Shown here piece after piece: positions 1-14,044 of a stretch of 64,000 nt of DNA. A model generated the notes under the pieces. The model was not told where the DNA came from, searched no databases, and saw only the letters and a program-made list of their open reading frames with translations. Every line of letters starts with the position of its first letter. Positions within the stretch are counted from its first letter, which is position 1. The position numbers and the translations under genes are program-made. The DNA comes from Nemertoderma westbladi (taxonomy: Eukaryota > Animalia > Xenacoelomorpha). The stretch lies in contig JAUCBJ010008568.1 of NCBI GenBank assembly GCA_032718475.1, forward strand, positions 1 to 64,000, read 5' to 3'.

Positions 1-391
1 CATATATGTGGATTATAATTAAGCCATATCGTTGCGAGTAGTTTAAGTCATAACTCTGTTTATGTAGATAAAGCGCCACGTCCTAAAGGAACTGTTAATA
101 TTACCGAAGGTGAATAATATTGTCAGAGATTATATAATACTGTCAGTCGAATAATACATTAGGCTTACATAGCAATACAAATTAAACCGTCGAACCCAAT
201 CTCCCGGGAATATCCAGCGGGTGAATGGTCGCGCACGGATTGGTTTCGACTAGTGTAGTGAATCAAATACTTGTCATAGACTAAAAGGCAGATTTATTAT
301 CTAGAAGACATTCTAATTTGGCGGGTTAAACTGCCAAAGGTCTGAAAGCGCGAACAGCTGCAGCATTTAAAGCACTGTGCCTAAACAGTGA

Positions 392-463
392 TGCCCCATC
401 TAGGGATCGAACCAGGGTTTCCTAATTGGAAGTCCAGGATTGTCACCACTAGACTAAGCTAGC
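392..463 (-). mobile_element. tRNA-derived SINE head (or degenerate tRNA-like sequence)
   Basis: The minus strand reads GCTAGCTTAGTCTAGTGGTGAC...CTTCCAA...GGTTCGATCCC...ATGGGGCA. It has a Pol III A box (TAGTCTAGTGG) and B box (GGTTCGATCCC) at tRNA spacing and a paired D-arm, but the acceptor stem does not pair. The element body probably continues toward position 1. Confidence 0.5.
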
Positions 464-2049
464 TTGGTGTAGTAGTGACAAGCAGCAGCTTGGTCTAGAA
501 ATAAACTAAAATACTAATATTAATTACATACTGTACATATTATTATCCTTGCCCGTCTGAAGCAAAGATTGGTTACATAAAACTTTAATTGTTTATAAAA
601 TATCGATGTATGTTTAAGTTATATCAAGGCCATCGTAGTACAAGATATAAGATCGCAATACAATAAGAATTACTACTATTACTGATACTGTTATGATAAG
701 AATGCTCCAGAATTAAGGAGATAATTAGAAATAGCTAACGAACATTACTTCATGTATTTGATATTTAATATTGATTTATTATTTGATATTATTGATGAAA
801 GCAGAGAAGAAAATGCGTGTTAGAAGTGTATTTTCAATGCAATACAATGGTAATTACACAAGAGTCGAAACACTAAAGAAATTATTTGTTCGGACCACGA
901 GCTGCATCAGCCCCATTAGATTCAGTTTTTATTGTTAGACAGGGGGGGGGGGGGGGGGGGCAACTTGACGCCAATCCCATCCTCAGCAGCAGGTTACAGT
1001 GGCACGTTATTCTAACCAAAACAATTAAAATATAACAAGTTAAAATAATGTTGCGGACAACGATAAAAATTAACTTTACTTATTTTTACGATGGGCTTGG
1101 TTATATTTAGTTAGATAAAATTACAATTTTTTGCATTTTCCTTTTACAATGTCATCATAGGAATAACAAATGCCATGTCAAATTTGCGTTATATAGATTA
1201 GGCTACATCCTGACATCCTACATCTCTACTACAGTACTATTATGTAATGGCAGTGCTCAGTGGCAGTAGTGCATACAATGGATGTACTGATGTATGTATA
1301 TATAATTTATGAGTTGTGATTCTAGCCTTATGGCTATTGGACTGTTGGATGTGGTGCCCATTTCCTTTATTGTGTTTGCTAATGTTTCTCTCAGGCATTC
1401 CCTATTCAGTCAGCCATTGGCTGGCTAGCTGCTGTATTTATGTTTTAAGTTTTGATTACCTGATGATGCCTGTCAAGTGTCAACCAAGCAACCAACCATC
1501 CAGTTAGTTAGTTACCAAGCTCAACTACTGAACTACAGAAATAAAGGGGGTATGTACATTACTATTACAGCATTATGCTTTGGTACCTACTGACCTACCG
1601 TAAAGCTGTTTAGGGTAGGCCTACGTAGTTTGTTGTTCTGTAGTTCTATTGCTGGTCGCGGTCGGGTGCACTGTCTGAATGTCGACTGTGTCCTCCATCA
1701 TCTGTCATACTGTCATAGTTGTTGACTGACTGACTGAGTGTGGTAGTGCAGTGTGCAGTAGTCAGGTAGTTGTGGATGCACTCGCACTGCACACTGTAAA
1801 TACAGAAATAAGACCAGAAGACAGAAGGGTGTCGGACAGGCTGACAGGCAGACAGGAGGAGGCCAGAGAGCCCGCGGCGCCGCGGGGATCATTTTGGAGA
1901 AGACTGAAGATGAAGAATGGCTTGGTCAGTCAGTCAGTTGGTTCTTTCAGTACTACACTGCTGTACTGCAGTAGGCCTATATGAAGTTGCATTTTGCAAT
2001 TCAGTGACCTCACCTGTCACCTGCCTGCCTGCTCACCTTTTAAATATAG

Positions 2050-5000
2050 GCCTACATTACATCGGTAACACTACCAGCCGGTCTGAGTGGCTCTAAAGTT
2101 TTCATAAATGAGGACCTAACCGACAGCCACAAGAAGATCTTTATGGCTGCACTCGCGTTTAAAAAACGGCTCAACTACCGATTCTGTTGGACTCGACAGG
2201 GTACCACATATCTTCGTAAGGCAGTGGGAGAGCGCGTTAGTGTCATCCGTTCAACTGCGGATTTACAGCGACTAGAAAGTGCAGCAGCGGCTCCTACTCC
2301 GGGCCTAACCCCGCTGAGTCGCCACCCCCATGGCCGAACCGCAACCCCCCACAGCCCCAGCCATGGTGTGCCAGACCACAACAACCTGGCTACCGGTTCG
2401 CACCTCCATCGCCGTTTATACCCAGAGTCCAATCGCCAATTATTGACCACCCCAAGCCTACACCTACCTACAATAGCTTCAATGTAGATGGATTTGCACC
2501 GGATGGTGCTTACAACCCACAACCACGATTCTCCACTCCTCATCCAAATCCAATGCAATGTAACCCCATTCTAAGGCCTTACTGGTCTGCCCCCCCTCCG
2601 CTTACTAATCATAATAATGCTTTATTTTATAATTAATACAGTACATAATAGATTACTATAACCACATACATCTTACTGGACTGCTAATTATATTATTAAC
2701 CAGAGGATATTTTATTTCAATGGCTACTACCCACATCTATAGTAATAATAACTCATTTTTTCCTTGTAAATCCTGCAAGAAAAAGGTTTGTGATACACAC
2801 CGCGCTGTGTATTGTGACTCCTGTAATCAATGGTGGCATCTTAGGTGTATATCTGCAAAATTGATCAAAAGAGATTACGAACATTTGACACAGTCTAGCC
2901 TTCCCTGGTTCTGCCCTGATTGTTTAGCTGACATACTACCATTCCAACACATCACTGATGAAAATGAATTTTCTATTACCATGCGAGACTACCGCATACC
3001 AGAGTTCATTGACATTACCTGCCTTGACAAACAATACTTCGAAAAAATTGACACCCCACATACCACAAAATCCAAGGACAGTGAATTTGATAACGATTAC
3101 AATGCCGATGTATTCATACCCGCAGACACTTCCCACCTACGTAATTGTACATACAACTTCACAGACGACTATAACCACAACTTTGCAACGCTACCATCAA
3201 AGTTATCACTCATCCATTTTAATGCACGTAGTTTGTCTGCAAACTTTGAAAAAGTAGAAAATCTCATGTCCTCTCTTAAAACAACTTTTTCGGTCATTGC
3301 CATATCTGAAACATGGTTAAATAATTCTCAGGATAAATCAATGTTTTCAATACCAAATTACAACATGTTGCATGTTTTCGCAGCCTAGGAAAAATAGAGA
3401 TGGTGGTGGTGTAGCCGTATATGTACATAGCGACCTCTCAGCATTTATCAGAAAAGACTTGCATAATAAATCCGATAGCCCTATTGAAACAATATTTATT
3501 GAAATTCCTCAAACCAAAACAAAAAACGTGATTATCGGAACTATATACCGTCCACCAGGTACCAATGTTCAGGAAGGAATTGAGGCCTTAAACCCAATAC
3601 TCGATAAAATAAATACAGAGAGCAAACCATGTTTCTTGTTAGGAGATTATAACATTGATCTAATGAAAACAAATTCCAGCCAATACAGTGCCGATTTTTT
3701 CAACTTTATTACTTCTTTAAACTACTCACATACAATATCCAAACCTACTCGCATTACAGATCACTCAGCGACATTAATTGATAATATCTTCACAAATTCA
3801 GATACAACTAATATGAAATCTGGTATACTAATGGCCTCCATCTCCGACCACTTACCAATATTCCTATTAACTGATATAGTTTCTAATCAAAACACTAAAC
3901 CAAAATTTATACTACGACGAAAAATCAATGGCAAGGCAAAACAACAAGCCTTTAGAACCAGTCTCATTACTGCTGATCGGACTGCAACTTACTTCAAGAC
4001 AACTGCTGACATTGCATATAATACATTTCTAGACCAATATCAGAAACACTACAACACTCACTTCCCATTAGAATGCATCAAACTACGGAATAGTACTAAA
4101 CCATGGCTAACAGATAGCCTGCATAGAGCAATCAGAAAACGAGAAAGATTGTTTGGAAACTATATACGGCAACCTACAGAGGAGAAACTAAAAATATTCA
4201 AAAGGTATAGGAATGCACTGGACGCCCTACTCCGAACAGCTAAAAAGGACTACTACAGTGAGGCCTTAGACTTTAAAAAACAAAATATACAATCTATTTG
4301 GCGGCACATAAGTAACCTACTCCATAGACAACCTAAATCCTCTTCTCCTTCACTATTAACTGATGGAAATCGGACTTACAGTGACCCCACAGATATCACA
4401 AATTGCTTTAATACACACTATCAAACTGTAGGAACAAAACTAGACAAACTCATACCACCAACAGAGGGCTCACCGTTAGATTACTTACCCACCCCACCAA
4501 CTGACAAATTAAAAACGTTTAATACTGTAACTCCTGAGGATATAATGAACATAGCAAATGGTCTCAATAAACGGACAAGCCCCGGTTACGAATTACGATG
4601 ATTTCACAGCAACCGCAGTTCACCCAACTATGTCACTTATAGCTGAACCCTTATCCCATATTGCTAATATCTCACTAATAAGTGGTCAATTTCCAAATAA
4701 AATGAAAGTATCCCGAATCACACCAGTCTTTAAGTCAGAAAATCCAACATTCCCAATAAATTATAGACCCATATCAGTTCTAGCGTACTTTTCTAAAATT
4801 CTCGAAAAGATTGTTCACATTGAGCTCACAGATTACCTTATGAAACATGCGTTACTCAATACAGCACAATTTGGTTTCAGAATCAAACACTCAACCCAAC
4901 ACGCACTTCTTACACTACTGGAGCACATAACAGACGCTTTGGACAATGGGGAATACATGATTGGTGTGTCATTAGATCTATCCAAGGCGTTCGACACAGT

Positions 5001-6655
5001 TAATCACAAAATACTAATACAAAAACTAGAACGCTACGGGATCACAGATACTGTACTACTTTGGCTAACCAATTATCTTTCTAACCGATTGCAGTACGTC
5101 ACAGTAGGCTCTGGAAAATCGAAATTACTACCAATTATAATAGGCTTGCCACAAGGTTCGTTGTTGAGTCCCCTCCTATTTATCATATACTGTAATGACA
5201 TTACTAACTTCTCTACTTCATCAAAACTTATCTTATTTGCCGACGACACTAATCTATTTAAAGCTGGCAAAGACATAAATCAATTAATCACAGTTTCACA
5301 GATATTAATGCTGAACTTACCAAATTAGCTAAGTGGTTTCAATTAAATCGACTCTCTCTCCACACTGGGAAAACGAACTATATCATTTTCCACACTCACA
5401 ATAGATCACCCAAAATCAACAGTGAAGGAAAAGTAATTATTAACAATGTTGAATTAAAAAGAAAACAATCAATAAAATTTCTTGGACTTTACATAGATGA
5501 ACATCTTACCTGGAAACACCACCGGGAACATATACGATACAAAATTAGTCGTAACTTAGGGATAATTAACAAAATAAAAAACTTCATTTCACCACACGCA
5601 CTAAAACTACTCTACCATACGATGATCGACCCATATTTACAGTACTGCAATGCTGTCTGGGCAGCTACATCATACAAGTCAGAATCAAATACTTCCACAA
5701 ACCAACACAGAAATCACTACAGACGGAGGAGGAAAAACAGAAAAACCATGGAAAACCCTACAACCACAATAAAATCACTCCAGAGTTTACAAAACAGGGC
5801 CATAAAAACTGTACAGTCTAGAGGAAACACAGACTTCCGACCACTCACTATTACTTCAATCTTAAAAAAACAAGTCGCGATACTTTGCTATAACTACTTA
5901 CATAAATTACTACCACCAAACATCCTACCAACACTACTTACACTCACGTCTACCACGCACAATCACGGTACAAGAAATGCTACTAACGGACAATGTACTG
6001 TACCCCGTAAAAGATTACAGATTGCCAAACAATCCATCAAAGTCAGGGCCCCGGAAGTCTGGAATGGAGTCCCCGAAACTGTGTGGCAGGCACAATCTAT
6101 TAGAATCTTCAAATATAAATTACATTCATATCTGGCAGATATGCGTTCTATTGAAGCCTAATCAAACTAAGAAATATCCAACTGTAATTAATTATCGATA
6201 AAACTCTATAATTTTGCACCTTAATCATATAAATTATGTAATCTAAGTACTGTAGTTTGGACCTTCCGCTTCGTTATATTCAATTTACTGTGTTATATTG
6301 TATACTGAAATGTTTCCCTTTTTAGACTGCATCCTGCATGATTTATTTACCTACTGTATTACCAATAGTTGTTTTTCATGAGTTGTTAACATATTTACAG
6401 TGCAACATACAGACATACGTATTTACAGTAGCGCTTATTTAGTGTTAGGCCCTACCTACTTAATTACAATGATATACCTACTTATTTACAAATGTACACG
6501 GGGGTTTGTGTAATGGGCCTACCCGACAAGCCTCCGTCTACATTATATAATCATTTATGTACCCGGAACTTAACTTACTCAATTATATGAAATACTGTAT
6601 CAATTTGATTATATTGTGTAGTAAATAGTTCATTAAATAAAATAAATAAATAAAA
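2050..6655 (+). mobile_element. CR1/L2-group non-LTR retrotransposon, 5'-truncated in ORF1, with frameshifted ORF2
   Basis: An ORF1 C-terminal motif (KVFINEDLT...YRFCWTRQGTTYLRK...VIRSTADL) lies at about 2080-2290. ORF2 fragments carry PHD, APE and RT motifs. The 3' end is a (TAAA)n tail at about 6635-6655. Confidence 0.9.
2720..6161 (+). pseudogene. LINE ORF2 (PHD finger + APE endonuclease + reverse transcriptase), broken by frameshifts
   Basis: PHD: CKSC...CDSCNQWWHLRC...WFCPDC. APE: NARS, SETWL, GGGV, YRPP, GDYN, IDNIF, SDHLP. RT: NYRPIS, QFGFR, DLSKAFDTV, GLPQGSLLSPLLF, FADD. The frame is split into ORFs 2720-3388, 3372-4601, 4558-5328 and 5622-6161. Confidence 0.9.
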
Positions 6656-6673
6656 TTCAGACATTCTGATATT

Positions 6674-7795
6674 CAGTCACTCACAGGTTGGAATTTATGT
6701 AGAGTTTGCTCAACATGTGTGGCGCGCATTTAGGATCCTGGCGCGAAGGAACAGGGGCGTGTGGCGCGCATTTAGGATCCTGGCGCGAAGGAACAGGGGC
6801 GTGTGGCGCGCATTGAGGATCCTGGCGCGGAAATGGATGTCATGTACACTAAGTACAGTAGCAAAATGCATTGGCATTTGGCATGGCAACATATCCAGCC
6901 ACTCTACTTCAAATTATATCGGTCTACCAGTAGACAGAGAGTCTATTTTTAAAAAGAGTTAGGCCTAGGCCTTAAAAATTTTTGCTCGCTTCGCTCGCGT
7001 TTGTGTAGATGCCTGCCTATACGCTCTACTCTTATTCATCATTCTAATAACTAAACTATAATAGAATAGGGATATTTGATTACATACAGTGATATTTTAT
7101 TACAATTTGTTTATTAACCTATAGAAGTAGTTCCGTGCCTTGAACTGTTTTGCATTCCCACATTCTGACATTATGCTGTTATGGACAAACCGACAGATTG
7201 AGTGAGCATTGAAGGTACCGTATCCAATCCACGTTAATCATCATGGCCAATCAGGCCAAAGTTTTAATGTCTTTCAAAATATGAGTTGTTTGAAAGGTTT
7301 TTCAATTGTTCACACCAATATAGCCTAAAACCACGATTCAGCAGATTTTCCGTGCTCACTACACTCCGATGTAATTCATAATCACATCTGTCTGTCTGTA
7401 GGTAAAAAATAGACGGTTGACCCAAAAATGTTAAAATTTTCTTGCTCGCTACGCTCGCAATTTAATCACATCTGTATTTAAAAACCTTCGGTTGACCTAC
7501 TATCTGAATATTACAGTATTACTGTACATTCATCAGTTCATGTTTACTTTTCTGCAAAATTTTCTTGCTGGCTGGGCTCGCATTTTCATGTTAAAATACT
7601 GTAGGAGTGGGTCTAACTCTATGCCTGTAGCGTAGGTACTGCAGTATAAACTGATAAATGATTACAATAATTGCAAAATGTAATGGTCAATCTTTCAATG
7701 GTTGGCGCACATTGAATGTCATGGCTGGCGCGCTTTTCGTTTAACCAGAATCTGTGTGGCGCGCTTTTTGTCAATATTCCATATAGGAGTCACTG
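6674..7795. mobile_element. Putative non-autonomous DNA transposon (MITE-like) with GGCGCG-rich subterminal repeats
   Basis: Imperfect inverted ends (CAGTCACTC...TGGAAT / ATTCCA...GAGTCACTG) with TGTGGCGCGC motifs near both ends. No TSD found. Confidence 0.35.
6717..6829. repeat. 42-bp tandem repeat, about 2.7 copies
   Basis: The unit GTGTGGCGCGCATTTAGGATCCTGGCGCGAAGGAACAGGGGC is repeated. Confidence 0.9.
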
Positions 7796-8486
7796 CCAGA
7801 CTGCACTAACTGCAACACCAGACTGCCAGAGCACTGACTGACTGATCTATGCTAAAATTGGCATTTTTCAAAATTGGAAGTTTTCATGCCAAAATTTGAA
7901 TTTTTGATATATTTTCTGTCCAGCAGTCGGCCCTACTGGCCTATCAGCGTATTGAAAAGTTTTACATATACGCCGAGGCCGAGCACGTTCGGCGTAGCAC
8001 TTCGCACTTAGCACTATACAGCTATAACTTGCACCGGGTGCCGGGAGCTGGCTCAGAAATCTGGAAATGTGCGACGCCGGGCATCCGGACGGGTCGGCGC
8101 AGAGAGTCTGAGCGTAGCACCGGCAATGATCAGATGATAGAGACAGAGAGATGCTGCGCTCGGCACACCAGGCTGCCAGCGCCAGGCGTCGAAATATGCC
8201 CGGTGACGTCGCTGCAGAAATTGACCCAGCGCCGGACAGCTGGAGCAGGAATCAGCCCAGCACACCCGGTGTACATATTTGCCTGGCTGCAGACCAGGCT
8301 GCAAACAGGCAAATGGAGTGCAAAAATCGCAACGCGTTGTGCGCGGTTTTGAAATAGTGCGCGGTAAAAGTGCGCGGAATTAAAATAAAAGTGCGCGGAA
8401 TTGTGTGAAAACACCAAAAGCTGAAAAGTGCGCGGTAATCTGTGCAAAATATTAAAAGATATTTATATAGATATATATTATAAAAT

Positions 8487-8972
8487 ATATTTCAACTGAG
8501 TTGAAATTTAAGACTTTTTTTAAAATTCAACTTTTAAGTTGTAAATTCAACTCTAAAATGGCAGGAGCCCCATGAGCCCCCCAAGACGTGACAGAAGGGG
8601 TGTTTTTATTGTTTTTATGGATGTAATTCGAAAAATTAACCCTCATTCAGTCATTACCGACACCGATGGAATAAAAACTTTCACCGCCGAGAATACTTTT
8701 TTATAAAACATTTTAAATGATTACATTTGCAAATTAGCTGAAATACTACGGGAATTTATTAGATGTATTAAAATACCGCTGTATGTCATAATTATTATAC
8801 ATTGGAATACAAGAAATGGATTCCAATTCCGTATTTCAGTATTTCCAAAGCTACTCCAAAAGTTGAATTTAAAAAAAAAGTTGAATTTTAAACTCTACTC
8901 CAAAAGTTGAATTTTAATAAAAAGTTGAATTTTAAAAAATAAAGTTGAAATTTAAACTCAGTTGAAAATATA
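8487..8972. mobile_element. MITE / foldback element
   Basis: Inverted ends (TTTCAACTGAGTT...AATT / AATTT...AACTCAGTTGAAA) with subterminal AATTCAACT / AGTTGAATT repeats in opposite orientations on the two sides. Confidence 0.6.
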
Positions 8973-10003
8973 ACTTCTCCCAGACTGCTAGGTACTCTGA
9001 TTGCGGACTACTTACTGCTGTGTACTGTTTAATTCAAATACGATTTTAATATTATATTCATAAATTTGACGAACCAGTAAATGTTATGGCTGATGCCGAT
9101 GGTACCTTAACGCCACCCCAATCTTTTGTGGATACCCAACCAACAGCCAACACGAAATATCTGCGCTTTTTCGAACTGTTAAGCCAAGAAAAGTGTGTCA
9201 TTAGACGATTAAAAGTACTTGGCGGAATCACTGTCGATGCTAAATGCACTTTACTACGAGGCTTTGCGAGAAATCTCGGAGACATGTAAACTGGTAGTTG
9301 ATGCTCAACAAGAATCCATTAAAGCGATTACGATCTCATTTCACTATTCCAGGGACGCAACGGGGATCAGGCTTCTGCTCCCCCGCAACCAGTTTCTTTT
9401 AGTGCGGTACTTTGTAGTACGCCCACAGTGCCTATATCATCATCACCTATTGCTATTACTAGTGCAGTTTGTTCATCATGATTATCATCCAGATCCGGCA
9501 CGAACTAATGTTCATCCTCCAAACCAGGGAGGCGGACGCAGCCAGCTTGCCGCTGCCGCTGCTCCCTCCAGTCAGCCAGTCATCTACGTAACCCTCCAAT
9601 CTACGGGTGAAGATTGGGAACTGTACTATCAGCCTCACGTGTTCCAAGTGTTTGACTTACTCATGTTTACGTTGGCAATTTCATTTCTGATGTTATGGTT
9701 GATGCAGTCAAAGGTTACCTTCATGATCAGTAGATACCATTTCAGGACGTTATCCCCAATCCCCATTCCCAGGCCAACATACTCCGGCGACAATCTCAAG
9801 ATTAATGGATGGTGAGATACCCCAAGCCTTCCACTTTGTTTGCCTACAAGAAGATCGCGATAAACTCATGGATCCTGATCTCAGGGAGAATGGCGTAATA
9901 ATAAGAAATTACAGGCTCACTGATGATGAATGGGCATTGTATAATCTTCGACCACGCACGTTCTGGGTTAACCAGGATCCTGCAGTCTGCAGATACTGTT
10001 GAT

Positions 10004-10493
10004 CCTGTATGGAATCCATCCAAAAAGTGCGCCGGATAGCACGCCGACCAATTTTTGACCGCGCGCCGATGCAATTTCGAAGCAAACCCCGCCCCAACGA
10101 AATTTTTAAGCGCGCCGCACATAGAAACAATTTTGAAGTGCGCCGCACCAATGCAATTTAAATTTTGAAGGAGTGTAACCAGTCTGCCAATGTCAGTACT
10201 CGGGTATTGCTGTCTGGCTGTACCTGTCCCTGTACAGCAGTAACCATACAATAGAAAAAAATTATTAAAAATTAAAAATTTAGTAATAACTTTTTAAACA
10301 GCTAATGTAATTTTTAAGGCACTTCCGTAATTGTTAAACCAACAAATCGGCGCCGGTTTTTATATTTGGGAGCGCCACGTGCTAAAGCCGGCGCGCTTTA
10401 CAATTTTCGAGTGCGCCACGCACCACATTGTTGAGCTTTTATTGTAAAGTGTGCCGGATTAATCCGGCGCAAAGTGTATGGATTCCAGTCTGG
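10004..10493. mobile_element. hAT-like MITE inserted in the L2 element
   Basis: 8-bp TSD CTGTTGAT (9996-10003 and 10494-10501), imperfect TIRs CCTGTATGGAATCCAT / ATGGATTCCAGTCTGG, and GCGCCG-rich subterminal motifs. Confidence 0.75.
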
Positions 10494-10915
10494 CTGTTGA
10501 TTGATGTCTCAGTAACGGTTCTTCGATTTATATAATCAGGGAAAAACTCTCAGAAACTCCCTTTCTTCCCTCCTTGGAAATGTTTTAGTTTCCCTCCCGG
10601 AATCTCCTGCCACTCCATCTTCCCTTCCATCTCTCGCCACCACTGTTTCCCTCCCAGAAACTCCTGCTATTCGAACTTCCCTCCTGGAAACTCTCGAAGT
10701 TCCGGTTTCCCTCCCAGAACCTCTGCCTGCACCTGATATAGCTGATAATACAAATTTGTCTATCTGTTTCATGAACCCTTGGTTATTAAGAAATAAATCA
10801 ATTCAAACATGGGCATATGTTGAAGAAAATGAGCTTGACATAGTATCAATCGCTGAAATGTGGTTAACCGACCTAGATGATGATTATAGTTTCTTAATCA
10901 ATGAACTAGAAAGCC

Positions 10916-11570
10916 AGCAAGCTGGCTATAAGAAGACCATCTATAAGACAATAAAACCGAAAAACTAAATGATAATCTAATCCCCAATCAAATATCAATC
11001 GCAATCAATATGTAAACCTCTCCCACCCTCCATGCAGCCTTGGAGAAAGCAGAATTAATGTCATGACCAGTTCGGAGTTCTCAACAGACAACCCACCCCA
11101 AACATTGGATTTACTGAGACACACTCAACACTCAGGCTAGCTTGCTACCTGTCTTCCCAGCTAGCTAGAGTTAAATAATTATACAACTTTGATATGATAC
11201 AGAGAAAATCCTTCCCTATTCACTACCATAGGCAAAGTTCAGGCTGCGTGAGGGAATATTACATATTTATATACTATTTCATTTTTAATCAATAAATAAT
11301 AATACAATTTATATTTAACACTCTAATAAATATAAACTTTGTGAGAATGGAACGCGGTTAATCGACCTGTGCTATTTTTATACAGCATGAGCTTAATTTT
11401 ACCCGCTTAAATAATTAATAACCGAAATAAGAACCCAAATAATCGATACATTTCTCTGTATAGTAGCCACGAAGTATAGCACTTCTTACCCTTCCAAGCC
11501 AATATCAATGTGCACAAACATACATACAGACAAACACACACACACATACACACAAACATCAGCAAGAAGC
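10916..11570. mobile_element. Unclassified non-coding insertion interrupting the L2 endonuclease
   Basis: It separates the IAEMWL block from the GGGVG block of the APE domain and ends in a (CA)/(CATA) microsatellite, as many non-autonomous elements do. Boundaries are approximate. Confidence 0.4.
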
Positions 11571-14044
11571 CCTGACGGTCTTCTAATTAAGATCAACAAC
11601 TCATATGTTTGATCATCACCCACCTCCCCTCCATCCTGCGGTGGAGGAGTTGGTTTTCTCCATCAAAAGACCTTAAAAAATGGTTTTCTAGATTCTAAGA
11701 TTAAATCTAAAGCTTTTGAGTTTGCAGCTTTGCAATTTAAGACTCTCCATGGTTTAATTAGAATTATTGTTGTATATCGACCTGAATCGACTACAAGTGG
11801 TGCAATCTATAATGAATTTCTAAACGAATTCGAAGCATTTCTAAGCAATATTTTAGTAACTGGCAATATCATTCAAACTATAATCATTGGAGATTTAAAT
11901 ATTCATCTCGATTCTAACACTTCCTCATCCTCGGTTGAGCGCTTCAAATATATCTTGAATCGTCACAATCTGGTCCAGCTTATAACAGAGGCGACACACA
12001 GAGCTGGTCACATTCTTGATCTTGACGTATTAATACTACATGAAGATGACTCCAGTTTAATACTTAATGATTCGATAATTATTGACAGCAATAATGGCAT
12101 TTATCCAGATCACTTTCCAATATTACTTAAACTCGTCATTACACACATTTCTCTGGTCTATGATAAATGTGAAGTATCGTCTAATGTCCGAAAATAGAAG
12201 AACGTCGATTTTAATCATCTTCAAAGTCTCATTAGCGAAGTCAACCTAAGCAGTTCAAATGTCTCTGAATTATATGAATCCTACAATGGCAATTTGTCTG
12301 CAATCGCCAACATTGTTGCGCCGTACAGAGTATCAAGTTTAGGCCAAGGGGTTTTTCCCCATGGTTTATGGCTGACCTTAAAAGGTTTAGGAACAAAAAA
12401 CGGAGTCTTGAGAGATGATGGCGAAGAACAAAATCAACAAAGAATATGTTCTTATTTAGACAATCGTGTCTTGAATATTATAGAAAATGTGAAACAACTT
12501 CGGAACTGTTTTATTCAACCAAACTTAACACCTCTAACACAGCTGATTTGTTTAATTTCATTAAGTTCTTAGAAAATAAATGGGAACGACCTTTACCAAA
12601 AGCAGAAAAAACAATCTTGAGTTAGCAGATAACTTTGCAATGTTTTTCGACAATAAAGTAAAGAAGCATTCATACATTCATACATAGCATTGTCATATAG
12701 TCCAAATAACAGTAGCCTTAATGACCAGTCATCAAATTGTACTTACCCTGGATGGTCGAAATTCGAGCTACCTTTGATTAATGATACAAGAAAAACAGTG
12801 TCTAATATGCGCAGCACAACATGTTCCCTCGACCCCATTCCTACTAACATCTTGAAGGAAGGAATCTGGTGAAAATTGGATAGTACTCATTAATGCTATA
12901 ACCTGTTTGTCTCTAAGTTCTGGCACCTTCCCCAATAATGCCAAACAGGCCATTCTAAAGCCATCACTTAAAAAAAATAAATCTTGACAAAGAGACTCTC
13001 AATAACTACCGCCCACTGTTTCATTTCAAAAGCCATTGAGAAGACTGTGTCTGAGCAGTTGATCAATCATTTAAATTGTAATGAAATAATACCAAATTTT
13101 ATATATATCCGGCCGGATACAGGAGGCACCACTCCATGGAGACTGTTATGTGCCTTCTACAAAGCGACCTTCTTCAAGTTATTAGTAGAGGACACTATGC
13201 AGCACTGATATTATTAGACCAATCAGCGGCGTTCGATCTCGTAGATTATCAGATTCTGCTAGATCAATTAAGTAGCATCGGTGTCACTGGGACTGTTTAC
13301 CAGTGGTTTGAATCATACTTATTTAATAGGTCTTACGTTGTCACAATTAATGGCATCACATCGCGGGTTATCAGATTGCTTTCTGGTGTGCCTCAAGGCT
13401 CGCTCCTTGGAGCGATTTAATTTATGATTTATTGTTTTCCTGTTGCTTCAAAATGTGACTTATTGGGTGTTAATTATCACATCTATGTGGATGATAATCA
13501 GCTCTTTATGGTCTTCAAGTCACTGGCTTCATCAGCTGTTTCTTCTGCAATTCAAGAATGCGTGAGTGCAATAAACCCTACACTAACTCAATTGAAGCTG
13601 AAGCTCAATGATTCTAAAACAGACATTTTATTAATTGGTAGAGGAGATCAGTTTACAGAGTTTGCATCTACTTTCTCAGTTAATCTTGGTGGAAAAGTAA
13701 TCCACGCCGACACATCTATCAAAACACTTGGAGTGACACTAAATAGTGATCTCAGAATGAATACTCATGTTAACAACATAATTCGCATACTTAATTATCA
13801 CCTGGGGAAGATAAGGCGCATTCGTAAACACCTGTCCACCGAAATCGCAAAGAAACTAGTAAACGCCCTTATAGTCTCATGTCTAGATGCGAACAACTGT
13901 TTATTATATGGTATTACTGAGGATAAACTTGATAGACTACAAGTGGTTCAAAATGCTTGCACCAGGCTAATCTTTAACCTGCCCAAGTCTGCTATTTTTG
14001 GTGGAATTTCTAAATTTTATTACACGTGTTGAAAGAGCATCGAC

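Larger units (their letters stand above)
9086..14032 (+). mobile_element. Degraded near-full-length L2-clade LINE with nested insertions
   Basis: An ORF1-like C-terminus (AFHFVCLQEDRDKLMDPD...GVIIRNYR) lies at about 9805-9960. APE fragments: MNPW.LRNK, IAEMWL, GGGVG, VYRP, IGDLNIH, THRAGHILDL, DHF. RT fragments: CSLDPIPT, LLDQSAAFDLVD, GVPQGSLLG, YVDD, KLNDSKT, LQVVQNAC. Many stops and frameshifts. Confidence 0.8.

Noticed and set aside
392-463. Functional tRNA-Gly(TCC) gene
   Set aside because: The acceptor stem does not pair and the anticodon and T stems are imperfect, so it is treated as a SINE head or pseudogene.
941-960. Poly-G/poly-C tracts (also about 16939, 17725, 21816, 25510, 25770, 26060, 28279 and 39256) as functional G-quadruplexes
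   Set aside because: Several are internal parts of MITE or foldback families, and homopolymer lengths are unreliable in assemblies.
8029-8447. Cluster of short GC-rich ORFs
   Set aside because: GCGC-motif-rich non-coding, TE-like sequence with no recognisable domain or splice pattern.
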